A DNA stretch of 64,000 bases, taken from positions 3,744,001 through 3,808,000 of the forward strand of contig OZ223236.1 in NCBI GenBank assembly GCA_965140445.1. Direction: 5' to 3'. This stretch comes from Candidatus Ozemobacteraceae bacterium. Its GTDB lineage: Bacteria; Muiribacteriota; Ozemobacteria; Ozemobacterales; Ozemobacteraceae. Shown one piece after another: positions 41,585 to 51,314 of this stretch (position 1 is its first letter; each line of letters starts with the position of its first letter). Under the pieces are notes generated by a model. That model saw only the letters and a list, made by a program, of their open reading frames with translations. It was not told the origin of the DNA and did no database searches. Position numbers and translations under genes: made by a program.

Positions 41585-43804
41585 ATGAAATATACGATTG
41601 CAGCATTTGTTGGGGCATTCCTTCTGTTTTTAATTCAGCCAATGGCAGGAAAAGCTTTACTACCTGGATTTGGTGGGAGCTTTATGGTTTGGACTGTTGC
41701 CCTATTCTTCTTTCAAGGCGCGCTTTTAGCCGGGTATTTTTTAGTACACAAAATTTTTGCAGGATCTGTAACCAGAGTTAAAGGGCTTCTTTATTTTTTA
41801 TTGGTTGCAATTGGTGTCTGGGCTTCCAGATTCGATCCCGCCACTCTATCTACGGGTCCAACAAGCCTGGGCTTTGCTCTATCAGAGCTAAAGTTATTGA
41901 TGCTAACAATTGGCATCCCATTTCTTGCACTATCCACCACCTCTGTAGCCTTACAAAGATGGTGGCAGGTTGATACCTCCAAAACAGGTGAAGAGCCTTA
42001 CTACCTTTATGGAGCTTCAAATTTAGGCTCATTTGCAGGACTACTAAGCTATCCATTTGTTTTTGAACCAATGTTCTCTGCAGAGAAAATTTGGCATGGC
42101 TGGCATTTGGCAATTGTCTTCTGGGCGTTGATTATGCTTGCCTGTTTTCCCAAAAATCCAGCCCGCGAAATTTCTTTGGAAGATGAATCAAATCCCGTTA
42201 AAGATAAACCAGAATTTTCACCCTTAAAGTGGATTATTCCAGCTGCCGGAAGCTCGGCACTATTAGCAGCGGTAACCAATGTAATCACCATTGATGTCGC
42301 TGCGTTTCCATTTTTATGGGTTTTGCCACTGGCAATCTATTTACTGAGTTGGGTGAGAATTTTTCGCAAGAACCCGCCAAACCTATCCTGGTGGTCTGAC
42401 CACGCCTCAACAATAATGGCATTTGCCTTCTTTATGGCAATTCTAATTCAATTCCAATTCTCTTTAGATGCAATCATAAAAACTATAGCTCTTCTTGCAA
42501 TTCTTTACTCCTGCTCAATCATGTCTCAAGCCTCTCTATTAGGCAGAAGACCTGTTAATTCGCAGCAGCTTACTTCATTTTATCTGTATGTATCCTTTGG
42601 TGGCTTTCTGGGAACAGCTTTGATCGCTTTTGGTATTCCCGTTTTGTTTGACAGTCTGGCAGAACTTCCTATAGCTCTAACTCTTGTGGCCTGGGGAATT
42701 TCAGGGATTTCACCCTGGAAAATAGATAAATCAGACACCTTCCTCCTGGTCAGAGTAATTGGTGTAATCCTGATTGTCTTTCTTATTCCATTACTTGCTC
42801 TTCGCTTTATTTCAGCTCTTCCTTCCCTTATTATTACAGCTAGTGCAGGCTGTGCCATCTACGTATTTTCCGTTCTCAGCCAAACACAGAGATTGGGAAG
42901 AAATTTTTCACTTATAGTTATGTTAATTGCTGCCAGCCTGGTGTTTGCAGATGAGTTAAGCTCTGATGGAGTAGAAAAAACAAGATTTCGAAATTTTTAT
43001 GGCTTATATCAGGTGTTTGAAAAAGCCAATATCCGTTACCTCCAGATGGGCACGACTTACCACGGTCACGAAATAATTGATGGCCCAAACAAAGGGAAAC
43101 CCACGTTCTATTATCATCCTGATGCGACTATCGGGAAGTTTATGACCAGCTCTGCAATGAAAGCCAAAAATATTGCAGTTCTCGGGCTTGGTGCCGGTGT
43201 CATGGCCGCTTTTCTGGAAAAAGGCCAAACACTTGATTTCTACGAACTTGACCCAGACAACATTTGGCTTGCCCAAAAACATTTTTCTTACCTTGAAAAG
43301 ACCAAAGGAAAAGTAAATATTATCTGCGGGGATGGACGCTTACAGATGCGCAATGCAACCCAAACCTATGATTTGATATTTATGGATGCCTTCAGTAGTG
43401 ATTCGATCCCAATACACCTGCTAACCATTGAAGCAATCCAGGAATATATGAAACGCTTAAATAACGATGGATGCCTGCTTTTCCATATTTCTAACAGGCA
43501 TTTAGACCTGTTACCAATTTTAACAATGGCGGCTAAAAAGCTTGGCCTGATTGGCAAGGTTGCTCTTAACTACGAAGATGAGAAAAATAATATATACCCG
43601 ACAAGATGGTTTTCAATTTCTACCCCGGAAGGCTACGATAAGTATTTAAAGCCTATCCCAAGCTGGAAAGATCCCATTTTGAAAAAAGCGTCCCGATATT
43701 GGACAGATGATTTTTCCAGTATGCTCGACGCTTTTCCTCCAGATCCCGATTTATTTACAAAACCTCCTGAAATTAAACCGGAGCAGAATGCGGAAAAATT
43801 CTAA
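41585..43804 (+). CDS. Fused multi-pass membrane / spermidine synthase-like SAM-dependent methyltransferase
   Basis: AFLLFLIQPMAGK.LLP.FGG, PYYLYGASNLGS, RNFYG, VLGLGAG, GDGR, DAFSSDSIPIHLLT. Confidence 0.88.
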   Translation: MKYTIAAFVGAFLLFLIQPMAGKALLPGFGGSFMVWTVALFFFQGALLAGYFLVHKIFAGSVTRVKGLLYFLLVAIGVWASRFDPATLSTGPTSLGFALSELKLLMLTIGIPFLALSTTSVALQRWWQVDTSKTGEEPYYLYGASNLGSFAGLLSYPFVFEPMFSAEKIWHGWHLAIVFWALIMLACFPKNPAREISLEDESNPVKDKPEFSPLKWIIPAAGSSALLAAVTNVITIDVAAFPFLWVLPLAIYLLSWVRIFRKNPPNLSWWSDHASTIMAFAFFMAILIQFQFSLDAIIKTIALLAILYSCSIMSQASLLGRRPVNSQQLTSFYLYVSFGGFLGTALIAFGIPVLFDSLAELPIALTLVAWGISGISPWKIDKSDTFLLVRVIGVILIVFLIPLLALRFISALPSLIITASAGCAIYVFSVLSQTQRLGRNFSLIVMLIAASLVFADELSSDGVEKTRFRNFYGLYQVFEKANIRYLQMGTTYHGHEIIDGPNKGKPTFYYHPDATIGKFMTSSAMKAKNIAVLGLGAGVMAAFLEKGQTLDFYELDPDNIWLAQKHFSYLEKTKGKVNIICGDGRLQMRNATQTYDLIFMDAFSSDSIPIHLLTIEAIQEYMKRLNNDGCLLFHISNRHLDLLPILTMAAKKLGLIGKVALNYEDEKNNIYPTRWFSISTPEGYDKYLKPIPSWKDPILKKASRYWTDDFSSMLDAFPPDPDLFTKPPEIKPEQNAEKF

Positions 43805-43807
43805 AAC

Positions 43808-43845
43808 AAAAACCGCGCTTTCAGAACACTGAAAGCGCGGTTTTT
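43808..43845. terminator. Bidirectional terminator
   Basis: AAAAACCGCGCTTTCAG / CTGAAAGCGCGGTTTTT. Confidence 0.85.
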
Positions 43846-43855
43846 ATTTTAAATA

Positions 43856-44044
43856 TTAAGAGCCGTGGCAAATTTCAAAATCAGGACATGTTCCTTCTGG
43901 GGTCATACATTCGAGAACGCCTTCGCTCTTGCCTTTACATACAGTCTTCATTCCTGTTGTGCGGCGAGATTTGCGATTAAGTTCGATTTTTTCGCTTCTG
44001 AGTTCAACTACTTCTTCGTCTGTTAATTTTTTTCCTGGTATCAT
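43856..44044 (-). CDS. Small Cys-rich protein (62 aa), possible metal-binding
   Basis: MIPGKKLTDEEVVELRSEK...VCKGKSEGVLECMTPEGTCPDFEICHGS. AGGAGG upstream (long spacing). Ends at a terminator. Confidence 0.55.
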   Translation of the reverse strand: MIPGKKLTDEEVVELRSEKIELNRKSRRTTGMKTVCKGKSEGVLECMTPEGTCPDFEICHGS

Positions 44045-44233
44045 AACGTTCTCGTCACGACCTCCTGAATTATTTCTAATTTGGCATATGAAAATACATT
44101 CTTTAGATTTTTTTTTCAACAAATATGTTTCGATTTGTTACTAACCATTCCATTTTTAATAAATAAATCGGGAATTTGCTTGACCAAAAAATCTCCCTCG
44201 GGTTTAATAGATTATCAATATCGGAGCAAAAAA

Positions 44234-45748
44234 ATGGACCTACAAGACGGAGTTACACTTCCTGGAGCAACTGACATCATACCCTGTGGGTGCGCTTGTA
44301 CTCCACTAATACTGCTTCAGCAGTTTTACCATTCGGCACCAGTCGGAATGGCAGCCATTTCAAAAGACCACTGTTTTAAGCGCCTGAATAACAGACTGGC
44401 TGAATTTATAGGCAAAACACCCCAGGAATGCCTGGGACAAAAAGTATCAAAGGTTCTGCCCGAATTTGGCGAAAAAATTTCCGATATTATAACCAGCGTA
44501 TTTATAACCAAAAAAGAGCAGCTTGAAAGGGAAATTGCTTTTCAACATCATGGCGAATTCAAATTCTGGGTAATTAACATATACCCTATTTTATGTGATG
44601 AAGCTGAAAGTGAAGATGGCTTCGACTGCGCGAATTTGATAATCCACGACATATCCGAACTGCGAAAGGCGCAAAGCAAGCTGGAAATTGCTTACGAAAG
44701 AATTTCCAATCTGAAGAAAAGGCTCGAACAGGAAAACCAGTATCTGAAAAATGAAATCAACAAGGAATATGATTTCCAACACATTATAGGTTCCAGTGTA
44801 GGGTTAAAGCTTGTCCTGGAACAGGTTTCACAGGTTTCAATGACTGATGCTACCGTTTTGATCACTGGTGAAACAGGCACAGGCAAAGAGCTGATTGCCA
44901 GAGCCATACACCAGAATAGTGCGAGAAAAGCACATACACTTATTACCGTAAACTGTGCTGCCTTGCCAGCAAACCTGATTGAGAGCGAACTTTTTGGTCA
45001 TGAAAAAGGGGCGTTTACCGGCGCTGTAAATCGCAAAGCCGGGCGGTTTGAGATAGCTGATGGGGGCACAATATTTCTTGATGAGATTGGTGAACTTCCC
45101 CTTGAGCTTCAAAGCAAGTTACTTAGGGTATTACAGGAAGGCCAGATAGAACGGCTGGGCGGAACGAAAACGATTGATGTAAATGTAAGAGTGATAGCCG
45201 CGACCAATCGGGACCTTGCTCAAGAATCTATCAACGGCAGATTTAGAGAGGATCTTTATTACAGGTTAAATGTTTTTCCGATTCACATACCCCGGCTTGC
45301 CGAAAGAAAAGATGACATAATTGAAATGGCAACCAGCTTTATGCAAAATTTTGCACATAGAATGAGGAAAAATATCACAAGTATATCCGATGAAAGCATG
45401 GATAAGTTAACCAGCTATGACTGGCCAGGAAATGTTAGAGAGTTAAAAAACCTGATTGAACGCGCAGTTATAATTTGTCCATCGGAAGTTCTTGAAGTAA
45501 GCATTCCAACCAACCCATTCAGGCATGAAACCAATCGTTCAAGTGAAATCCCCCTACTCCAAGGAACATCGTTTCCTACCCTCAATGAGTTCGAAAAGAG
45601 TTACATACAAAAGGTTTTAGAAAAAACTGGGGGTCGCGTGCGAGGAAAAGGAGGAGCAGCTGAAATTCTTGGAATGAAGCCGACTACCCTTGATTCTCGA
45701 ATGTTAAAGCTGGGTATTAAAAGAATTCCAACTATCGCGCCATCATAA
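44234..45748 (+). CDS. PAS-domain sigma54-dependent transcriptional activator (FhlA/NtrC-like bEBP)
   Basis: PAS domain, [42 protein letters not shown] and a Fis HTH. Start at ATG 44234 (GGAG RBS). Promoter TTGACC-N17-TTTAAT. Confidence 0.93.
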   Translation: MDLQDGVTLPGATDIIPCGCACTPLILLQQFYHSAPVGMAAISKDHCFKRLNNRLAEFIGKTPQECLGQKVSKVLPEFGEKISDIITSVFITKKEQLEREIAFQHHGEFKFWVINIYPILCDEAESEDGFDCANLIIHDISELRKAQSKLEIAYERISNLKKRLEQENQYLKNEINKEYDFQHIIGSSVGLKLVLEQVSQVSMTDATVLITGETGTGKELIARAIHQNSARKAHTLITVNCAALPANLIESELFGHEKGAFTGAVNRKAGRFEIADGGTIFLDEIGELPLELQSKLLRVLQEGQIERLGGTKTIDVNVRVIAATNRDLAQESINGRFREDLYYRLNVFPIHIPRLAERKDDIIEMATSFMQNFAHRMRKNITSISDESMDKLTSYDWPGNVRELKNLIERAVIICPSEVLEVSIPTNPFRHETNRSSEIPLLQGTSFPTLNEFEKSYIQKVLEKTGGRVRGKGGAAEILGMKPTTLDSRMLKLGIKRIPTIAPS

Positions 45749-45750
45749 AG

Positions 45751-45766
45751 TGGCACCATTATTGCT
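45751..45766 (+). promoter_or_regulatory. Sigma54 (-24/-12) promoter
   Basis: TGGCACCATTATTGCT, an exact TGGCAC-N5-TTGC match, 2 bp after the activator stop. TSS ~45777. Confidence 0.8.
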
Positions 45767-45804
45767 TAAACAAATATAGTTAAAGTTATTACCGGAGGCC
45801 AGAC

Positions 45805-45900
45805 ATGTTCATCGCCATACAATTATTTACTCACATGCTTCACACCAAAATATATACTACATACCTGACTTACATGGCCGAAGTCACTATCAGAGACTAA
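45805..45900 (+). CDS. Putative 31-aa peptide MFIAIQLFTHMLHTKIYTTYLTYMAEVTIRD (not in ORF track)
   Basis: GGAGG RBS 6 nt before the ATG. Sits between a sigma54 promoter and a terminator-like hairpin. Confidence 0.55.
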   Translation: MFIAIQLFTHMLHTKIYTTYLTYMAEVTIRD

Positions 45901-45918
45901 TTTTTCAAAAATACAACT

Positions 45919-45959
45919 AAAGTGTCAGCTGAAAAGATAAAATTTGCAGCTGACACTTT
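45919..45959 (+). terminator. Terminator-like hairpin after the small peptide ORF
   Basis: 13-bp stem AAAGTGTCAGCTG / CAGCTGACACTTT, followed by GGCTTTT. Confidence 0.65.
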
Positions 45960-46071
45960 GGCTTTTAGGTAGCCTGAAAATATTTCATTGTAATAAAATA
46001 ATTGAAAGAGTACCTTTAAGAATGAGAAAAAAACAATTTTCTTAACTTATATTATTGTAAGGAACTGAGTT

Positions 46072-47292
46072 TTGAATCCAATATTGATAGTAGGAATTAT
46101 AATTTTCACAGGTTTTCTAATGGGGAAACTTGCCCTTAAGCTAAGACTCCCAAAAGTAACAGGATATATTTTTGCCGGACTAATTTTGAATCCCGGATTA
46201 TCAAATACAATCCCTTTATCCTTTGTTGAAAATACAGCACTAATTACTGATATTGCTTTAGCTTTTATCACATTTTCGGTTGGTGGAACCCTGGCCTATA
46301 CAAGTATCAAGAAGTTAGGGAAATCGATTTCATTGATCACGGTCCTGGAGGCCGAATTAGCTTTCGTCAGCATTGCTATTTCTTTTTCTCTTCTAGGACC
46401 AGTACTTGCCCCAAAATTCGGAACCGAATTCTATGCTTTTATTCCAATAGCCTTGCTAATGGCTTCACTTGCTTCTCCCACAGATCCATCTGCAACTTTG
46501 GCAGTTGAGCACGAGTTTAAAGCTAAAGGCGAAGTAACTTCAACCATCATGGGCGTTGCAGCACTTGATGACATTTTTGGAATCATCAATTATAGTTTGG
46601 CCGTTTCAATTTCAACTATGTTTATTACCCATAAACAGCTATCTTTAAACTCCTTAATGGAGCCAACTTCTCAAATTTTTGGCTCAATAATAGTTGGAGT
46701 CCTTTTTGGATTTTTTCTAAATACCTTTTCTAATAAAAAAGATTTTGATGATTCAGAAGGAAGTCTAATTGGATTAATAATTGGTTTGCTGGCAGTTTGC
46801 TATGGAGTCCTGGATAAAATAAATCTAGACCCTTTGCTTGGGACAATGTCCATGGGCGTAATTGTCGCCAATTTTAACATAAACCAGGAAAGAATTTTTA
46901 AAATACTGGAAAGATACGTTGAGGAGCTAATTTTTCTTCTCTTTTTCACTTTGAGCTCTATGCACCTTGATTTTAGCGTTCTTGCCGCAAACTATACTTT
47001 AATCATTGCTTTTGTAGCCTTCAGAGCGTTAGGAAAAATTGTTGGAACGATTTTAGGAGCAAAAATTTCCCACTCTTCAAAATCCATTCAAAAATACACT
47101 GTTGGAGGTCTCATTCCTCAGGGTGGAATTGTAATTGGGCTTGCTTTAGTTATCAAACAAAACCCGGATTTCTCGGCCTTTAGTGGATTAATTCTTAATG
47201 TAATTATTGGCGCTACCATTATTCATGAAATAGTGGGGCCAGTATTGGCCAAATGGGCTCTTCAAAAGGCTGGAGAAATCAAACAGAATTAA
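46072..47292 (+). CDS. Cation:proton antiporter (CPA2/Kef-type membrane domain)
   Basis: LPKVTGYIFAGLILNP, SPTDPSAT, VAALDD, LFFTLS, LIPQGGIVIGL. Confidence 0.9.
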   Translation: MNPILIVGIIIFTGFLMGKLALKLRLPKVTGYIFAGLILNPGLSNTIPLSFVENTALITDIALAFITFSVGGTLAYTSIKKLGKSISLITVLEAELAFVSIAISFSLLGPVLAPKFGTEFYAFIPIALLMASLASPTDPSATLAVEHEFKAKGEVTSTIMGVAALDDIFGIINYSLAVSISTMFITHKQLSLNSLMEPTSQIFGSIIVGVLFGFFLNTFSNKKDFDDSEGSLIGLIIGLLAVCYGVLDKINLDPLLGTMSMGVIVANFNINQERIFKILERYVEELIFLLFFTLSSMHLDFSVLAANYTLIIAFVAFRALGKIVGTILGAKISHSSKSIQKYTVGGLIPQGGIVIGLALVIKQNPDFSAFSGLILNVIIGATIIHEIVGPVLAKWALQKAGEIKQN

Positions 47293-47329
47293 ACTGAAAC
47301 CTGTTTACAAACAATTTACTCAAACAAGA

Positions 47330-48640
47330 TCAGCCCTCTTTTTTTCCTCCAAAATAATGATTTTTATCAAACCTTCTAACCAGAGTTTCCAGATACCTGG
47401 ATCTCACCTGCTTTGAAGCCATAATCTGCTTTATTGGAGGCAGTTTCAGTATAACCCCCAAAACCGCTGCCAATGCCCTATGACTCCAAAGAACCTGGTT
47501 ATCAAAAAGGAAATTCTGAAATTTTCCTCTTTCAATGGCCATAAGAACCTTTAGGTGGGTTCCGTTCAAGGGAGTAATAACCCTGCTGGGCCTGGAGTTC
47601 AAATGAATATATTTTTGTGAACATTCCCTTACGCAAATGCCACACCCTAGGCAGATCTCTTCATTAACTTTTGCAATTTTTCTGGAATGATTTTTGGGGT
47701 CATTGGCTGAAACAAGTCCCATAGCCCCTACTGGACATATGGAAACACATTTACCGCAACCCGTGCAATTCCGGGTTTCAACCTCTGGAATAAAGTTTGT
47801 GGTGTGCACAGGATTTAGAATCGAAAATCTCTTTGCAGCAAGCATTGCTTCACAGCAACAACCACAACAATTGCAAATAAAATTTACATCTTCCCTAACA
47901 TTTTCGCCGAATTGAACAAGTTTGTTTTCATATGCCAACTGCAATAAATCCATACACTCTGCTTTATCAATTCTTTTGGCAAAATTGTGCTTTATAAGAG
48001 AGGTCGCAGTATAGTTAAAAGTCATGCAAATTTCTTTGGGCGCATCGCAAGCTTTACCCAGATGCTCCATTTTGTGCCGGCAATAACAAATACCAACTCC
48101 AATATCTGTGGCGGTTTGAATAATTTCTGATGCCCTCTCATAGTCTAAAACGTGCAAAGCATTTTGCTCTGATAAGGATGGCTCGTGAACAAAAACTCTT
48201 CCCAGCTGTGTTTCACCCTGTGTAAACAAAGCTTTCACGAAATCTTCCTCTACGTTCAAATACTGATAGAAAAGTTCACTCAAAACTTTTTGGTCTATAT
48301 CAGAACGCACTCGCATCATGGAAAATTCAAAAAAACCTGCCATCGGAGGCGGAAGCGCATACTGGACCTCTCCATTTATTTCAAAATCAACTAAGATGGC
48401 TCTACCAGCCAACCTTTCAAGAATATTTTGAGCTTCGCCTATTTCAAGTTTCCAAATTTTCGCGGCTTTTTCAGCATTAAAAGGTCTAATAGGCAAATCT
48501 GCAACAAGAGAAGCCTCCTTTTCACTAAAAAGCATTTTTAAAATCTTAAAAAGCATCTCCGAAGGAGGAGCCCCCTGGGGAAACAGATTTATTCGATCTG
48601 CCAGATTAGAATAACCAGTCTTTAGAGTTCTGTGTGCCAT
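47330..48640 (-). CDS. 4Fe-4S dicluster domain protein
   Basis: CYCRH, ICNCCGCCC, CTGCGKCVSICP, CLGCGICVRECS. Confidence 0.88.
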   Translation of the reverse strand: MAHRTLKTGYSNLADRINLFPQGAPPSEMLFKILKMLFSEKEASLVADLPIRPFNAEKAAKIWKLEIGEAQNILERLAGRAILVDFEINGEVQYALPPPMAGFFEFSMMRVRSDIDQKVLSELFYQYLNVEEDFVKALFTQGETQLGRVFVHEPSLSEQNALHVLDYERASEIIQTATDIGVGICYCRHKMEHLGKACDAPKEICMTFNYTATSLIKHNFAKRIDKAECMDLLQLAYENKLVQFGENVREDVNFICNCCGCCCEAMLAAKRFSILNPVHTTNFIPEVETRNCTGCGKCVSICPVGAMGLVSANDPKNHSRKIAKVNEEICLGCGICVRECSQKYIHLNSRPSRVITPLNGTHLKVLMAIERGKFQNFLFDNQVLWSHRALAAVLGVILKLPPIKQIMASKQVRSRYLETLVRRFDKNHYFGGKKEG

Positions 48641-48757
48641 TTTCCCCTCCTATACACCAATCAAAAACGATCAATCTCATATTTTTTTATTTATTATTCT
48701 AATTATAACAATTTTAAATTTGTGCTCAAAATTTGTTTTCTTTATAATCATAAAAAA

Positions 48758-48892
48758 ATGGGAAACCAGAACAAAAAATTACAGCTGGCCAAAAATATTG
48801 TTGGAGGCTGCGGCTTCTTTGGCTTAATAGCACTTTTCGGGACCTTTGCCCTGGTGTTTTTGGCATTTTATGGCCTAAGACACGGCTTCTAA
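48758..48892 (+). CDS. Small single-TM protein (44 aa)
   Basis: MGNQNKKLQLAKNIVGGCGFFGLIALFGTFALVFLAFYGLRHGF. TTGTGC-N17-TATAAT immediately upstream. Confidence 0.5.
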   Translation: MGNQNKKLQLAKNIVGGCGFFGLIALFGTFALVFLAFYGLRHGF

Positions 48893-48905
48893 TTACTTAG
48901 ATAAG

Positions 48906-49895
48906 TTATTTCTTCTGCCAGCGATCATTGGGTTCGAGAATTTTTAATGGCCCGTTTCCATTCAACCAGGCTAAAGCAGCTGCATTTTTTAGTAGATAAG
49001 CATCCCAGAAAGCGGTTGAGAGCGCTAAGATAACCTTATGATGATTTGGATTGCGATTCCCCGACATTCTGCTACCTTCTCTGGCATCAGCAAAAGCGCT
49101 ATGTTCGGCCTCATCAAGAAACAATTCATATTTTTCCCCGGGTGGGAGGGCAGGAAAAACCGCTAAGCGAGACTCCAAATCAGCTCCACCCATTTTTCCA
49201 ATGTCCTTGCTTCCTGTCATCAGAAGCCATGGAATATCCACATTACCAAATGCTCTCTCAGGAGATCCCCTGCGTGGGCTACTTGGACTCAGAATTACTG
49301 CAGCCTTAATCTCAGGCAAAGTAAGTCCTTTGCCCCTTCCTAGTGGTGATGATTGACCGGAAATAGCCTGGGTTGTTACCGCTCCATAGGAATGCCCCGA
49401 CATCCCCACAATTGAGGTTTCCATTCTTCCATAAAGGGGATTCCCCGGAGTTTTATTCCAAATTTCAAGTTGCCTTAAAGCTGCAGGAACATCTTTCGCC
49501 CTGTGCATAAAGTTTTTAAAGTCCATAGCCTGTCCCATGGATTGCTGAAATCTGCTAATTCCTTTACCTTTCCAAATTGATTCGTCGCTTCCCGGGTGTT
49601 GTAATGCAACAACAACAAAACCTCGACCGGACCAATGTTTTCCAAGATATGTTCCTGCTTCTCTTGAGCCTCCCAATCCGTGACTGAAAAAGATTATCGG
49701 AGCTGGAGACTTGTTTTCAGGCAGATAAACTTTAATGGGAATTTCCCTGGAACGTGATGAATCCTCAACAGTAAGGTATATAACCGGTTCTGATTCTCTA
49801 ACTGATAGAGGGTTATATTCCTGTGCACAAATGTTGATATTGCCGCAAAATAGCAAAACCATTGTCACTACAATGCATTTGAAAACATTTTTCAT
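48906..49895 (-). CDS. Secreted alpha/beta hydrolase (dienelactone hydrolase/PAF-AH-like)
   Basis: FSHGLGGSR, QHPGSD, GHSYG nucleophile, TGSKD, AEHSAF. ATG 49895 with AGGAG RBS. Confidence 0.85.
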   Translation of the reverse strand: MKNVFKCIVVTMVLLFCGNINICAQEYNPLSVRESEPVIYLTVEDSSRSREIPIKVYLPENKSPAPIIFFSHGLGGSREAGTYLGKHWSGRGFVVVALQHPGSDESIWKGKGISRFQQSMGQAMDFKNFMHRAKDVPAALRQLEIWNKTPGNPLYGRMETSIVGMSGHSYGAVTTQAISGQSSPLGRGKGLTLPEIKAAVILSPSSPRRGSPERAFGNVDIPWLLMTGSKDIGKMGGADLESRLAVFPALPPGEKYELFLDEAEHSAFADAREGSRMSGNRNPNHHKVILALSTAFWDAYLLKNAAALAWLNGNGPLKILEPNDRWQKK

Positions 49896-50085
49896 AAAAA
49901 TTCTCCTGGACTTCATCATCAGGTAAAATAGCTTTTCCTCTCACTTATGGTAACCGGCTTTAATACCTTGGATATAGTTAAAAACTATAGCTAATTGCTA
50001 TAAGTTTGATGCAGCCATCGGGGAACTGTGCCTGAATCTTGTAATTATTGAATGGCTATGCCGGAAATGAATGAAGGGGATAGCA

Positions 50086-51192
50086 TTAATCCAGCAACCC
50101 CATTGAACGCATAATGAATTCTACAGAGGCAAATTCATCATCTGTAGCAGGCAAAAAGGTCATGGAGCTACCACGCAATTCTCCGGGTTTAATTTCAGTA
50201 AGAGCGCTCTGAAATTTTTCGCGCAAATTAATTGGACAATCCTGACGGCAAACCAGAACATCTGATGGGATTTCTGGAGTTTTTGCCAGAACAATAATTT
50301 TTTTATCCAGATTGGCAAATTTGGATGTTTTTATAGTTTCTTCCAGACAAACGCCGGCATCAACGACCCCTTTTAGAACTGCCAGCAAAACATTATTATG
50401 ATTTTTCAGAAACCTGATTCTGGTATTTTTGCCAAGTTTAATTTTAAGACTTTTAAGCAAATACATTGGATAAATGTATCCACTGGCCGATTGAGGGTCC
50501 ACGAGCCCTATTCTGCTTCCACTAAGATCCTCAAGCCCCTGCACTTTGCCTTTGGCCGGAGCAATAAAAACCCCTCTGTAAGCGGTTTCATTTCCAAACT
50601 TGGCTTTGGCGACGGCCATCAAATGATCTTTATCGCGAAATTTTAAATATGCTGTAGGCCCGACCCAGGCAAAATCAATGTTTCCTCGGGCAAGAGCTTT
50701 TAAAATACTTGAGTAATCTTTCCCACTGGAAACCAGACGCACCTCTTTTGCCCCGGTTTTCTTCTTTAAAACACCAAGTAGTGGAACCATATGAGCCATC
50801 ATCTCTTTAATGCTCATATACGGGATTCGGCCAATTCTGATTGTTTTTTCTTCAAGTTTAATTGGTTTGCCAGCTGGTATCACAGGTCTGGCTGGCTCAA
50901 TTACAGGCTGCTCAACAGCTACAGGCTCTTCAGAATACTCGTCTGCATAATCATATTCATATCCATCTTCTTCTTCGTATTCAGAATAAGTCGAAGTCGA
51001 TTCATCTTCTTCATAATAGTCGTTAGCATTAGTCGACTCAGTTTCATAATAGCCTTCATCGGAATACTCATCGTTACCATAAGATGGAAAATCAATGTTT
51101 TCATTATTCTGAGCCATACAATACCCAGGAAACATTAACAGGCAAAAGCATAAAATCGTCGTCAGCAAAAGAAACCTGGATGATGGATTCAT
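50086..51192 (-). CDS. PhnD-type phosphate/phosphonate ABC substrate-binding protein with acidic Tyr-rich N-terminal extension
   Basis: DFAWVGPTAY, YRGVFI, VDPQSASGYIYP, HNNVLLAVLKGVVDAG. Confidence 0.85.
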   Translation of the reverse strand: MNPSSRFLLLTTILCFCLLMFPGYCMAQNNENIDFPSYGNDEYSDEGYYETESTNANDYYEEDESTSTYSEYEEEDGYEYDYADEYSEEPVAVEQPVIEPARPVIPAGKPIKLEEKTIRIGRIPYMSIKEMMAHMVPLLGVLKKKTGAKEVRLVSSGKDYSSILKALARGNIDFAWVGPTAYLKFRDKDHLMAVAKAKFGNETAYRGVFIAPAKGKVQGLEDLSGSRIGLVDPQSASGYIYPMYLLKSLKIKLGKNTRIRFLKNHNNVLLAVLKGVVDAGVCLEETIKTSKFANLDKKIIVLAKTPEIPSDVLVCRQDCPINLREKFQSALTEIKPGELRGSSMTFLPATDDEFASVEFIMRSMGLLD

Positions 51193-51314
51193 TATTTATC
51201 TCCTGGTAGTTAATTATTATTTGAATAAAACTATAACAAAAATCCAACTTGCATTGGAAGCTACATTCTTTAACAAATTTTTTAGAGACAAATTTTGGGT
51301 CAAACCACTTTCAT

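Noticed and set aside
44081..44233. N-terminal extension of the activator ORF and TTGGCA at 44081
   Set aside because: The extension overlaps the gene's own sigma70 promoter, and the RBS supports ATG 44234. TTGGCA has no matching -12 element.
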